Below, piece by piece: positions 50,605 through 63,120 of a stretch of 64,000 nucleotides of DNA. The stretch spans positions 32,001 to 96,000 of the forward strand of contig CAVSBL010000002.1 of NCBI GenBank assembly GCA_963726255.1, given 5' to 3'. This DNA is from Candidatus Bathyarchaeota archaeon (GTDB lineage: Archaea > Thermoproteota > Bathyarchaeia > 40CM-2-53-6). The notes beneath the pieces are model-generated. The model saw nothing but the letters and a program-made list of their open reading frames with translations. It did no database searches and was not told where the DNA came from. The position numbers and the translations under genes are program-made. How positions within the stretch are numbered: the stretch's first letter is position 1; the number at the start of each line of letters is the position of its first letter.

Positions 50605-51042
50605 ATCGGTATCAAGGAGTAGCTCGAAGAGTTTCGTGGAACGTTTCGTCAGGGGTTAGCCCTTCTAGGCCGAATAAGAGAGAAGCGTTGGAGACCCGAT
50701 TTTAACCTCATGGCGTCGGTTTGCACGTTCAACGCTAAACGCTGCTTACCTCAGCATCTGTTATGAGAAGTCTATGCGTAGAGCATGTGAAATCTAATTG
50801 CATGTTGAGTTGTGCGTTCTAGCTCTCGAAAGGTAAGCTCCAAGCATGCAGCGACCCGAACAGGCAGGAAACCTTAGCCATGAGTCATAGGGCGAAACAT
50901 GAGTACTGTAACTAGGCTATCGGGTTGGAGCAAATACATCTCCACACACCCAACTCACAGCGACACAAGCGATATGAAACGACATGAAACACGAATAAGC
51001 CCTCGGCTTTATCTGGTTCAGGGCACCCACTTTCGGAGTAAG

Positions 51043-51705
51043 CTATGGATTCCTTCTCTTGTGCAGGACATCGTCGAGGGCTTCAACGAGGTGGTGAGAC
51101 GGTCTTTCGTCTCTTGAATAGTTGAACGTGGTCCTGCCCATCTCCTGTTCAATCTGGTGAAGGATCATCCTAGTAGTCTTCTCACCAGCTAATACGGTAA
51201 GGCGGTCGAGGATTGATTTCACAAGTTCTCGGTAAGTTGATGCGGCCAGGTCCGATTCTGTTCTTGGAGTTATCGGTTTTGTCGAAGCTGGTTCAGCCGT
51301 TTTGGGTACTTCGTTTCCTGATGTGTCGGGTGCGCCGCGAATCGTGTAGGTTATGATTAACTCAGGCATTATTGGCTCAGTTGTTAGCGGCTCGGCGGTC
51401 GGCGTTTTTGTTGGCTTTGTGATATCATTCCCATTATTCCGTTCGAAGCTTCGCCATGACCGGCCGAGGGCGGCGCCGGTTAGCGGTCGCATGGATTTGA
51501 TTCGTAGATAGTCCGAGTTATGTGATAGTTGCGGGTATTCACGGTAGAAGATTCGCATGTTATCTTGGTAGGTTCCTTTCGTGTCTAAGTGCGTCTCAAA
51601 ATCGATTAGGTCCTCGCTGAGTCCGACGAATCGCGCTCTCTCACGTATTTTATTCCTAAACAGTTCGCACAGTCCGGGGTTTGCTTCGAAAGTGTCACGT
51701 ATCAT
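51043..51705 (-). CDS. hypothetical protein, possibly C-terminally truncated
   Basis: 220-aa ORF with Pro/Thr-rich linkers. Confidence 0.5.
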   Translation of the reverse strand: MIRDTFEANPGLCELFRNKIRERARFVGLSEDLIDFETHLDTKGTYQDNMRIFYREYPQLSHNSDYLRIKSMRPLTGAALGRSWRSFERNNGNDITKPTKTPTAEPLTTEPIMPELIITYTIRGAPDTSGNEVPKTAEPASTKPITPRTESDLAASTYRELVKSILDRLTVLAGEKTTRMILHQIEQEMGRTTFNYSRDERPSHHLVEALDDVLHKRRNP

Positions 51706-52026
51706 GTGGCAAACCTTGTTCTATACTGGCTGGTGACCGGTAAGTGGTCAAACAGTTTGCGGCCGTTTGGCGCAGCTAACCTCAGAAGCCAGCGAGGCCG
51801 CCATATAGGAATACGCACCAATATTCAGGTAATTCTGCGGCCAATAACCAAGAATGCTAGCGCGAACCTGCTTCAGCAACTATCAAGGGTTGCAGAATGT
51901 CAGAATACAAAAAAAGCGCGTTCGGGTTCACAAGTGGCTAGATGAAGAATCGTTTCATCGACTTCCCGTGCGGGAACCGTTTCTATAAGCCCTAACTTTT
52001 TTAGCTCGGGCGTATTGGCGATAAAC

Positions 52027-52506
52027 CTACATGTCCTGAACGCCGTTCTTGGTTGCATCTGCAAAGTCAGAGAACGAGAACTGCGTTCCGCCGGAAAAGT
52101 TCGAGCCGAGTTTACGGTAGAATCGTGTTAGTATGTTTTTTTCTATCGCCACGGCGGCCGGTCCAAAGGTTTCTTGCATGCATTCGTGAAAATCGTCCAA
52201 CCTTTCAGGTATGTCTTCCCTGTCCAGTGCTCGCCTATTCGCCAAGTATGCGTACCATGCATTCTTGACGCGGTGCCCTAGCAAGTCAGCGAAGCTTTCA
52301 TCAATAGACTCCATCAGCAGCTCGTCCCTACGCACAGGAGCCAAAGCCGCACTCGCGTAATCCCCCGTAGAATCCGGTCGGTCTTGCACAGCTAACCACG
52401 CCATCAAGACTCTCTGCGGCGCATATAGCGGAATGTGGAAAGATTCCATTGGAAGGCATGAAAGTGGAACATTTCCTACCGCCACGCATAACGAACTGTT
52501 CCACAA
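52027..52506 (-). CDS. NitrOD5/DUF3227-like protein
   Basis: LLMESIDESFADLLG...REDIPERLDDF...FGPAAVAIEKNILTRFYRKLG; paralogue of 28967-29551; start probably near 52404. Confidence 0.6.
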   Translation of the reverse strand: MWNSSLCVAVGNVPLSCLPMESFHIPLYAPQRVLMAWLAVQDRPDSTGDYASAALAPVRRDELLMESIDESFADLLGHRVKNAWYAYLANRRALDREDIPERLDDFHECMQETFGPAAVAIEKNILTRFYRKLGSNFSGGTQFSFSDFADATKNGVQDM

Positions 52507-52896
52507 GCATCAGACTAGCATGTTTCGACCTTCAGCCAACCACCCAATCTCGAAAATCGCAATCTGATACGCTCAGGTCGGCAGCCGCTGAAGATCAGCA
52601 TTTCGCCACTAGCCGTCGGGACGAGTAACACGTTTCCCCACAATCCTACAACACAAATTGAACCACACACCCACGCCCGCGCGGGAAGCCGCCCCAGAAA
52701 AATGGTGCCTAACATATGCTATACACCCACAGCAGGCGAGAATCGCGAAATCGCCCCCAAACGGCTCACCCTGCTTTTCTCGTGCCAGTTTCGTTTTCTT
52801 GAAACCGCTGGACCTCTCTAGCCTTACTGGCCCCTCGCATCCCCTCGATTCCGCGTCGTGTGAAAGCGGGTGTGGGGTTTTGAACCCATGAGGCGC

Positions 52897-53118
52897 CTAT
52901 AGAAGTTTCAGTAACTCATTCTTCGTGAGCTTGGTCTGGCTCAATATATCCATAAGGGTTGACTTGTTGACTTCTTCGTGTATCGGAACAACTGTACGTC
53001 TTCCGTCGGGATGTCGCATGAATACGTGACTCCCTTTCTGTCTGAGCGGGACAAACCCGACTTTGCTTAGGGCTTTTATGATTTCATTGCCGGAGAGAAT
53101 GGGGAGTTTTTCAGACAA
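52897..53118 (-). CDS. hicA: HicA toxin
   Basis: LSKVGF...RQKGSHVFMRHPDGRRTVVPIH. Confidence 0.93.
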   Translation of the reverse strand: MSEKLPILSGNEIIKALSKVGFVPLRQKGSHVFMRHPDGRRTVVPIHEEVNKSTLMDILSQTKLTKNELLKLL

Positions 53119-53335
53119 CTATTGGAATCAGCTTGCCGCCTTCTTTCTTGGCTTCAGCCTCGTACTCTTCGAGCACCAGCTCGATCGCTTCCTTGATGTT
53201 GGATAAGGCCTCCTGCTCTGTCTTACCTTGACTGATGGCCTCAGGTAATTCCACACATCTCACAGCATAGTGCCCAGAATCCTTGTCCTTCAGAAGGCGA
53301 ACTGTAAACGTCCTTTCAGCCATGGTCAGTTTCAC
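53111..53335 (-). CDS. hicB: HicB antitoxin
   Basis: CVELPEAISQGKTEQEALSNIKEAIEL. Confidence 0.93.
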   Translation of the reverse strand: MKLTMAERTFTVRLLKDKDSGHYAVRCVELPEAISQGKTEQEALSNIKEAIELVLEEYEAEAKKEGGKLIPIVV

Positions 53336-53554
53336 ACTGAGTGCGATAACGCAATGTTGCGTATTAGGCTTCGTTTCAGCGCCGGTGGTAGGATTTGAAC
53401 TCGCAGCCTTACAGAAAAGCCCTCAGCATCTTCTCCACCGGCCTTAGGGGCGAGTAACATGTCTTCCCCATAAAACTACACCACATATGGAAACACTCGA
53501 CCGATATGCCACGGCTTGCCGTGTGGGTTCCACGCCAAGAGGAGCACTAGCGAG

Positions 53555-53989
53555 TTACACGGCATGTATCGTTAGCTTGCGGCGGCCATGCTCAACTCTG
53601 CGTAGCCGAATCAGTTCCTTATCGAATGTTACGAACTCTGGAACAGAAGGGTTGACAAAGTTCGCCAAAATTAACGCGTCCCTGCCGCCGAGTCCATATC
53701 TTTCTGCGAACTTTAAGCCAGTCTTGGTCGTGTCCTTAGTCTGATTTAGGAATAGGACATGGTTGTCGTCGAGCATCTCCGTGAGGACTTCCGCAGCATC
53801 ATCTGATGCCCATTTCATCTTGAAAACCAGGGTATGGTAAGTTTCATGCACGACTGCTGGATTCAACGCAACTCTACGAGAGGCCAATGAACTTACTTTG
53901 CTATGCTGAGGGTGCTCTCGGTCAATATACGCGACCAGAACGTTTGAGTCTACCGCCAGATGTTTTTGATCTCTGTCGGCGTGGGCCAT
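53555..53989 (-). CDS. vapC: PIN-domain toxin (VapC)
   Basis: AVDSNVLVAY, VVHE, GGRDALILA, VTFDKEL. Confidence 0.9.
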   Translation of the reverse strand: MAHADRDQKHLAVDSNVLVAYIDREHPQHSKVSSLASRRVALNPAVVHETYHTLVFKMKWASDDAAEVLTEMLDDNHVLFLNQTKDTTKTGLKFAERYGLGGRDALILANFVNPSVPEFVTFDKELIRLRRVEHGRRKLTIHAV

Positions 53990-54219
53990 TCTGGTCTACC
54001 GGTTCTTTTAGGTGTTAATCCGCAAAGCTGCTTCCAGGTTCTCTTACCCTTGCGAACAGGTTTGATCACTATACCCTCTTCTTGCCTCTCAACCCTAACA
54101 ATAGTTCCTTCTTCAAGCCCGGCGCCTTCCCTGACATCCTCGGGAATGAGTACTCTGCCACGTTGATCGACAACAGTCTGAGTCATACATATTCCCACTG
54201 AATAAGTGGGAAACACCAT
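53950..54219 (-). CDS. AbrB/MazE-type antitoxin
   Basis: MTQTVVDQRGRVLIPEDVREGAGLEEG; start probably ATG at 54186. Confidence 0.88.
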   Translation of the reverse strand: MVFPTYSVGICMTQTVVDQRGRVLIPEDVREGAGLEEGTIVRVERQEEGIVIKPVRKGKRTWKQLCGLTPKRTGRPEWPTPTEIKNIWR

Positions 54220-54359
54220 AAAGGTTTTCCCATCAAGAACCCATTGATCAATGGTGGTGGATTGAGGAAATATGGCTTCACTCTACAGAAAGATGCGGCA
54301 ACCCCTCAAACATTTGATTGGGAAGAGGCGTTATCATCGAAGGGTCCCCATAGAGGAAC

Positions 54360-54802
54360 TTGAAGAGAAGATTGAGCGAAGATAAGGAACGTTACTACGT
54401 CGGTAGCAACGTTTTCTTTTACGCCAAGATAATGGACCGAGAGTACGGCCCTTCCTGTGCCGAGGTCATCAAGAGCATACATGGGTGTAGAATTCTTGCT
54501 GCAACGTCTACTCTTGTCGCATTAGAGGTTGCCAATGCGCTTCGAAAATTCGGACTGAGCAGGGAGGTCAGGCATACAGTTGATTCGATCTTTTCGCTCA
54601 GAATGCAAGTTGCAACCTTTGAACAATCCGACCTCAGGAACGCGATGAATACTTTCCACAAGTACCTGATAAGTCCTTACGACTGCGCCCATCCAGTCAT
54701 GATGAAGCGCATAGGGCGCAGGTCATAATCTCCGCCGATAAAGATTTTGACAAGGTCGCAGAAATCAAGCGGAGAGATCCCAGATTCTTCATAGATGATT
54801 AA
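54360..54802 (+). pseudogene. degenerate, frameshifted PIN-domain toxin
   Basis: YVGSNVFFYA (catalytic D appears replaced by G), ISPYDCAH, then a frame change near 54715-54720 to QVIISADKDFDKVAEIKRRDP. Confidence 0.75.
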
Positions 54803-54915
54803 CAATACGACCCAACTTGGTCGGCCCGCCTAGAAAATGGAGTTCTCCACCGCCATTAGGGATGAGTAACATGTCTTGCTCCTAAACTGGCGACACCCCC
54901 CCTTAGGGGAACAAA

Positions 54916-55224
54916 TGGGTCGACGTGTTGGCCGTAACCCACCTTCTGTTTTAGGCGACATTCATCTAGTCGGGATACCCGCGCCTCAGGCGGTTTTCAC
55001 GGGCGCCTATTATCCCTTTCACAGCGTGTGTAGGCATTTCACCCTTACCGCCAGCCTCCTCAACGCAAGCGCATCATAGTCGTCGGCTGGTGGAGGTTTT
55101 TTTCTGCGCCTTAACCCAACCTCTCGGCTGGCACTTCACAGTGCCACGCTTCCGCCATGTGGGTGGAGTTTCCTCAAGCCCAATACGCATAGGGCCCGGA
55201 GTCGCTCACCAACTCGCCAACCCA
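54916..55224 (-). ncRNA. rnpB: archaeal RNase P RNA
   Basis: On the minus strand, GAGGAAACTCCACCC (CR-I) and AAACAGAAGGTGGGTTA (CR-V) form P4; terminal P1 TGGGTTGGCG/CGTCGACCCA. Confidence 0.92.
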
Positions 55225-55295
55225 CTAATGCCCACCCGTCTGCAATACAGAAATGTTTCGCAATTGGGTGCGTGTGAAAAATTCACTTAAATAAG

Positions 55296-55943
55296 GTGTC
55301 AAATCAATCGAGTTCAACCTTGGACTTCGGTCGTTACGGTTACGGGAGGCAGGGCAGTCTCTTTTCCTCGCCTACGATTGTCCTGATACTCGTGAACGTT
55401 CTCGTTTTCATAGTAATGTTGATCAGCGGGGACGCGGGAGATTGTTCGTCCTCCACCTGTCAGTTTCTAGCGCAGGAGAACTATCTTGTGTTGGCGGGCT
55501 TCTATTGGCAGTTGTTCACTTCAATGTTTGTTCACTTTGGCTTCACCCACATAATCTTCAATATGTTTGCATTGTACTATTTCGGGCGGCTTAACGAAAC
55601 CGCATTCACGGCTCCGAAATTTCTAACAATTTACTTGGCATCCGGGTTACTCGGTAGCGTCATGTCACTGGTCTTGTTGCCGGCTGCAACGGTTTCCGGA
55701 GGCGCTTCGGGGGCCATCTTCGGTCTCGTAGGTTCATACGTGGCTGTTGCAAGGAGGGCGCAACACATGGGTGTCGCTTTGATTTACGCAGTTATACTGT
55801 TCGTTCAAAGTAGCCTGTTGCCAGGTGTGAACATCTTCGCACACCTGTTCGGTCTAATCGGGGGCCTCGTACTCGGCTTGGTCCTCTCAGTTGGGCATGA
55901 GCCGTCAGGCTACAATGTCAGTTACAGTTACCCTACCTCTTAG
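55296..55943 (+). CDS. rhomboid intramembrane serine protease
   Basis: WQLFTSMFVH, HIIFNM, GASGAIFG, AHLFGLIGG. Confidence 0.95.
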   Translation: MSNQSSSTLDFGRYGYGRQGSLFSSPTIVLILVNVLVFIVMLISGDAGDCSSSTCQFLAQENYLVLAGFYWQLFTSMFVHFGFTHIIFNMFALYYFGRLNETAFTAPKFLTIYLASGLLGSVMSLVLLPAATVSGGASGAIFGLVGSYVAVARRAQHMGVALIYAVILFVQSSLLPGVNIFAHLFGLIGGLVLGLVLSVGHEPSGYNVSYSYPTS

Positions 55944-55951
55944 TGGCAGCT

Positions 55952-57610
55952 TCACTTCAGCATCGGCATCTTGATTTTTTTGTCTCTTGCCACCTTGATT
56001 GCCGCATCGTATCCCGCGTCAGCATGCCTCACTACGCCTATACCAGGGTCTGTTGTGAGGACACGCTCAGCCCGCTTCTCAATTTCCTTAGTTCCATCCA
56101 GGACGAGACACATGCCTGCGTGGATGCTGTAGCCGATGCCGACGCCGCCGCCGTGGTGGACGGAAACCCAGGTTGCGCCCGCAACTGCGTTAAGCAACGC
56201 GTTCAGTATGGGCCAGTCAGCAATCGCATCCGACCCGTCCTTCATGTTCTCCGTTTCCCTTCTGGGGGATGCGACGCTACCAGTATCCAAATGGTCTCGC
56301 CCAACCCAGATCGGGCCGGATAGTTTTCCCGCGGCAACCATGTCGTTGACGATCTTGCCAAACTTTGCTCGCTCGCCATACCCCAACCAGCAGACCCTTG
56401 CTGGTAGCCCTTGGAATTTCACTTGGCTACGCGCCTTATCGATCCACCTTACAAGCTCCTTGTTGTAGCCGAACTCTCTCTTCAGCATCTCATCGATGGT
56501 GAAGATATCCTCCTTATCGCCTACCAGAGAAGTCCAACGGAAGGGGCCTCGACCTTCACAGAACATGGGGCGAATGTATTCGGGCACGAATCCTGAAAAG
56601 GCAAACGCTTCCTTGAAACCGGCGTCATAGGCTTGCTGCCTTATGTTGTTGCCATACTCGAAAGTAATGGCGCCCCGCCGCATCATCTCAAGCATTGCTT
56701 TCACATGCACCATCATGCTTTCTTTGGCGCGCCTGACGTACTCTCGAGGGTCGGCCTTCCGAAGTTCATCAGCTTCCTTCACGCTCAGCCCCGCCGGGTA
56801 GTATCCGTTCAGTGGGTCATGGGCGGAAGTCTGATCTGTTACAATGTCAGGGATGACGCCCCGCTTAACTAATTCAGGATGGATCTCCGACGCGTTACCG
56901 AGGAGTCCAACACTCAGACTCTTCTTTGAGTCCTTCGCAGTCTTCACGATCTGTATTGCTTCATCTATATCGTCAGTCCACTTCTCTAGGAATCCATGCT
57001 TGAGCCGCCTATCAATTGCGGCTTTGTTCACTTCGACAACTAAAGCGATGCCATCGTTCATAGTCACGGCTAAGGGCTGCGCGCCACCCATCTCTCCAAG
57101 TCCCGCAGTGAGGACGAAGCGTCCTTCGAGGGTTCTGTTGAAATGGTTCCTAGCGACCGAGGATAATGTTTCGTAAGTGCCCTGGAGGATTCCTTGCGTT
57201 CCTATGTACGCCCAAGAGCCGGCGGTCATCTGCCCATACATTATCAGGCCCTTCTGCTCCAACTCGTAGAAGTAGTCCCAAGTAGCCCACTTCGGCACGA
57301 GCATTGCATTGGATATTAGGACGCGCGGAGCCCACTCATGTGTTTCAAAAACTGCGACTGGCTTCCCGCTCTGAATCAACAACGTTTCATTCGGTTCAAG
57401 CGCCTGAAGCGTTTGAGTAATCTTCTCAAAGCACTCCCAGGAGCGTGCGGCTCGGCCAGTTCCACCGTAGACGATAAGGTTGTCAGGGTCCTTGGCAACT
57501 TCTGGGTCGAGAACATTATGTAACATTCTGTAGGCGCCCTCTATCTGCCAATTCCTGCAGTGCAGTTTCGTCCCCGCAACGGCCGCAACCGACGGCTTCA
57601 GCTTCAACAA
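55952..57610 (-). CDS. hutU: urocanate hydratase
   Basis: [54 protein letters not shown]. Confidence 0.98.
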   Translation of the reverse strand: MLKLKPSVAAVAGTKLHCRNWQIEGAYRMLHNVLDPEVAKDPDNLIVYGGTGRAARSWECFEKITQTLQALEPNETLLIQSGKPVAVFETHEWAPRVLISNAMLVPKWATWDYFYELEQKGLIMYGQMTAGSWAYIGTQGILQGTYETLSSVARNHFNRTLEGRFVLTAGLGEMGGAQPLAVTMNDGIALVVEVNKAAIDRRLKHGFLEKWTDDIDEAIQIVKTAKDSKKSLSVGLLGNASEIHPELVKRGVIPDIVTDQTSAHDPLNGYYPAGLSVKEADELRKADPREYVRRAKESMMVHVKAMLEMMRRGAITFEYGNNIRQQAYDAGFKEAFAFSGFVPEYIRPMFCEGRGPFRWTSLVGDKEDIFTIDEMLKREFGYNKELVRWIDKARSQVKFQGLPARVCWLGYGERAKFGKIVNDMVAAGKLSGPIWVGRDHLDTGSVASPRRETENMKDGSDAIADWPILNALLNAVAGATWVSVHHGGGVGIGYSIHAGMCLVLDGTKEIEKRAERVLTTDPGIGVVRHADAGYDAAIKVARDKKIKMPMLK

Positions 57611-57660
57611 ATCTCGTCGCGTAGTACTGGTTTGTTAACCGATTTTAACTTTAGGCAATT

Positions 57661-58932
57661 TCAAGTGAGGCGGCCGTTCCGTGCAGCGATTTTGCCGTTC
57701 TTCACGGCGGTCTCTACCATGTTCAAACCGAGACGGTATGCGAGGAATCGAAAGTCAGGGGCGTTGAGAACCAAGATGTCTGCCTTCTTTCCGGGCTCGA
57801 TGCTTCCGATTTCGTTCGCTTTTCTGATTGAATGGGCTGCGTTTATTGTGGCCGCGGTGAGTGCTTCCGCTGGAGTCATTCTTAGTTTGTAGCAGGCGAG
57901 TGCGAGTAGCAGTTGATGGTTCTCAAGCCAACAGCTCGGGCTGAGGTCGCTTCCGAGGGCTACGGCAATTCCTTCAGAGATCATTCGCCGGGCGTCAGCA
58001 TACTTGTCCAACATGAGGGTTAACGGTGCGGCTGGCAAGAGTGTTGCTATGACGCCACTCTTCCTCATCTGAGTTAGGCCGGTTGCGGAAGCGTAGAGTA
58101 AGTGGTCGGCAGAGACTGCGCCGACCTCAGCTGCAAGTTCTGCGCCTCCGAGAGGATAGAACTCGTCTGCATGGATTCTCGGTAATAGTCCCGCCTCTCT
58201 CCCCGCCAATAGAATTCTTCGTGAGTCTTCCACTTCGAAAACGCCTTTTTCACAGAAAACGTCGCAGAAGGAGGCTAGCTGGTTTTTCGCGACCTCTGGT
58301 ATCCATTCTTCGCAGATTGCGGTGACGTATTCGTGAGTTTTTCCTTGGAATTCGGGTGGAACCGCATGCGCGCCCAAGAACGTAGGGATGAGATTGATCG
58401 GCCCTTCGCCGTCTAGCTGCTTGATGACCTCGAGCGACTTGATTTCATCATTCAGAGTTAGGCCGTAGCCGCTTTTGGCTTCGGCGGTTGTCGTTCCGTG
58501 CAGCAGTAGGTTGTTGCAACGCTCTCTGCAAATCCGTAACAGTTCGTTTTTTGATGCGGCGCGGGTATCGCGTACGGTTCTGAGGATTCCTCCTCCTCTT
58601 TGCAGGATCTCCATGTATCCTGCCCCCTTAATCTTCAACTCGAACTCTGTTTCGCGAGAGCCTGCGAAAACGAAGTGGGTGTGGGCGTCGACAAATCCTG
58701 GCGTGACAACTTTTCCGGTCGCGTCGATTCTTTCGGGAGCTGTATATTCGGATAGGAGTTCGTTTGATTTTCCTACTGAGACGATCTTTCCATTCAAGAT
58801 GGCTATGGAGCCGTCTTCAATGATGCCTAAATCTTCCATTTCCGGGCCGACGGCCGGTCGGTCCTGGTGCCCTTTTACGGTTATGAGTTGCTTCGCATGT
58901 TCGACTATAAGTTGGACTTCTTTTCTTGACAA
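57661..58932 (-). CDS. hutI: imidazolonepropionase
   Basis: PGFVDAHTH, EAKSGYGL, TFLGAH, DVFCE, HADE, SADHL. Confidence 0.97.
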   Translation of the reverse strand: MSRKEVQLIVEHAKQLITVKGHQDRPAVGPEMEDLGIIEDGSIAILNGKIVSVGKSNELLSEYTAPERIDATGKVVTPGFVDAHTHFVFAGSRETEFELKIKGAGYMEILQRGGGILRTVRDTRAASKNELLRICRERCNNLLLHGTTTAEAKSGYGLTLNDEIKSLEVIKQLDGEGPINLIPTFLGAHAVPPEFQGKTHEYVTAICEEWIPEVAKNQLASFCDVFCEKGVFEVEDSRRILLAGREAGLLPRIHADEFYPLGGAELAAEVGAVSADHLLYASATGLTQMRKSGVIATLLPAAPLTLMLDKYADARRMISEGIAVALGSDLSPSCWLENHQLLLALACYKLRMTPAEALTAATINAAHSIRKANEIGSIEPGKKADILVLNAPDFRFLAYRLGLNMVETAVKNGKIAARNGRLT

Positions 58933-59035
58933 AAGCCTACCACATTCTTCCTACGTGAGCTGGTGGGTGGGGCGTGTTGTTCTGCGTTGTGATTGATTAA
59001 ATTGGAACATATTCTCGATTCTTTAACATCGGCAT

Positions 59036-59046
59036 GCTTATATTAA
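59036..59046 (+). promoter_or_regulatory. putative TATA box of the rRNA operon
   Basis: CTTATATTAA about 300 nt upstream of the 16S gene in an AT-rich intergenic region. Confidence 0.5.
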
Positions 59047-59338
59047 CGCCGAAGGCCTACCTATAATTTGTCAACTCGTCCTTTCGATGGGTTGACTTCC
59101 CGCGATTACCCGGCGGCGGCGTCAACTTGACTTAGCAGGGCTAAAGCCCTTGGATGAAATGTTGACCTCCATTTGCGGGAACAGTAATGAAGGCCTAAAC
59201 AAACTTGGGTTCCTCACGGCTCCCATGGACGTTTAGGTCTAAGATTGGCTTGCAGTCATTCTGTCAAATTCCAGTCCGTTCAATTTCTTTAAACGGCTGT
59301 TTTCCAAAAAATCGTCCTAGCTAATCGGTCAGCTTGCC

Positions 59339-60887
<1,549 letters not shown>

Positions 60888-63120
60888 TAGTAAATTCGAA
60901 TGGACTGGAAGACAAATGAGTTGTGACTGCGAGCCAAGATGCGATAATGCAGCTTCCGAGCTAACATTCGGAAGCGAAGGGTATAGTGATCATTCACTCC
61001 GAAACGGATGATCATGATGAACACCGTGCATAGGCCTCAACGTTAGACGAGTGTGGGTTCCATAGTAAGTTCGGCATGATAAGCCACCTGAAGGATGGCT
61101 GGGCTTGGGCACTGAAGAAGGGCGTGGCAAGCTGCGATATGCTCCGGGTAGCCGCATGCAGGCTTCGATCCGGAGATACCCGAATAGGACTTCCAGCCGC
61201 GGGTGAAACCTGCGGCGCTCCGAAAAGGAGCGGGAACCTCCCGAACGGAAGCATCCAAGTAGGGAGAGGAACAGAAATCAATTGAGATTCCCCCAGTAGC
61301 GGCGAGCGAAAAGGGAACAGCTCAAACTGAACCTGCATGGGAAACTATGCGGGAATGTGGGGTTATAGGGCCCGACCGCGCCCTCGCTCGAGAAGTTGAA
61401 GTGGCCTGGAACGGCCCACCGTAGAGGGTGAAAGTCCCGTAAACATAACCGAGCAAGGTTTGGGTTGGTGTCCCTGAGTACTACGCCCCGGATTGGGCGT
61501 AGAAATTTGGGAGGAAGCAACTTCCAAAGCTAAACATGTCCCAAGACCGATAGCGCACTAGTACCGTGAGGGAAAGCTGAAAAGTACCCCGGAAGGGGGG
61601 CGAAAAGTGCCTGAAATCAGGTGGTAACAGTTGTGCACAGCCCGAAAGGGTAGATCCCCTCCGAAGGAAACCGCGGCAACGCGGCTGTACGCAAGAGGGG
61701 GGACCAGGGTTGTGCGTTCCGTTTTGTACCACGGGCCGGGGAGTTCATCTTCGTGGTGAGGCTAAGAGTGTGATGCTCGAAGCCGTAGGGAAACCAACAA
61801 GTTCGCAACGTCGCAAGACGCGAGGAACGAGATCTGAAAGGGTCTGAAATCACGGGGATGACACTAGAAACCGAGTGATCTAGCCTTGGGCAGGGCGAAG
61901 CCGGGCGAAAGCCCGGTGGAGGCCCGCATGGGTGATGACGTGCAAATCTCTCCGTTGACCTGGGGCTAGGAGTAAAAGGCCAATCTAACTCGGTGATAGC
62001 TAGTTCCCGCCGAAATATCTCTAAGGATAGTCTGGCCGGAGGTTGCCAGCGGGGTAGAGTACTGATTGAAAAACAAGGACTCGAAAGGGTCCACTTTTCG
62101 TTCAAACTCCGAATTCGCTGGCGCCGTAGAAGGCTGGAAACGGATGTGGGGGGTAAGCTCCCATGTCGCGAGGGGAACAACCCAGACTAGGGTTAAGGTC
62201 CCCAAATCCTGGCTAAGTGTAGAAATAGAAAGCGGTCCTCAACCACAGACAGCTGGAAGGTAGGCTTAGAAGCAGCCATCCTCCAAGCAGTGCGTAACAG
62301 CTGACCAGCCGAGGTTGGGGGCGCCGAAAACGAACGGGGCTAAGCCAGGTACCGTTACCCTAGAACACGATGCATAATCGTGTTGGTAGGCGGGCGTTGT
62401 GGCTGGGCGGAAGCTGGGTTTTGAGATCCAGTGGACCGGCCACAAGTGTAGATCCCGGTGGTAGTAACAGCCATAGAGGGGTGAGAATCCCCTCCGTCGA
62501 AGGGGCAAGGGTTCCCCGGCAATGCGTCGTCAGCCGGGGGTAAGTCGGCCCTAAGGCAACCCTTAACCGGATAAGCCGAAAGGGAAACCGGTTAAAATTC
62601 CGGTACCACGGAGGTACACGCGGCAACGCAAGTCCGCAATCTGACGCTTGGGGATAAGTTGAGTGGGGCCGTCGCCCCATTTAACCCGTCAAGGCCGGGA
62701 AGTACCATAATGGTGAGAACCGGCCGAAGCGGGAAATAGCCGCCCGTCTTAGGGTGGTTCAGCCGAGTCCTCGAGCCAATGAAAAGGAGCACGGAATGAA
62801 TCCTCCGTGACCGTACCTAAATCCGACACAGGTGCCCCTAGGTGAGAAGCCTTAGACGTATCGGGTGGAACTTAGGCGAGGGAACTCGGCAAATTAGCCC
62901 CGTAACTTCGGAAAAAGGGGTGCCTGACGTTTTGGCGCAAGCTGGAACGCCAGGTCGCAGTGACTCGGGAGAAGCGACTGTTTACTAAAAACATAGGGAA
63001 CCGCCAGCCCGAAAGGGTGTGAACGGTTCCTGAGTCCTGGCCAGTGGCGGTACCTGAAACTCGGGTTCAACCAAGCTAAGGGCCGCTAAACGCCGGGAGT
63101 AACTCTGACTCTCTTAAGGT

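Noticed and set aside
53381-53540. Possible third complete, split or permuted tRNA gene
   Set aside because: No full cloverleaf could be rebuilt with BHB rules; the T-stem is mismatched and there is no clear anticodon arm, so it is kept only as a tRNA-like relic
54876-55290. ORFs 54876-55079 and 55090-55290
   Set aside because: They are antisense to the RNase P RNA gene
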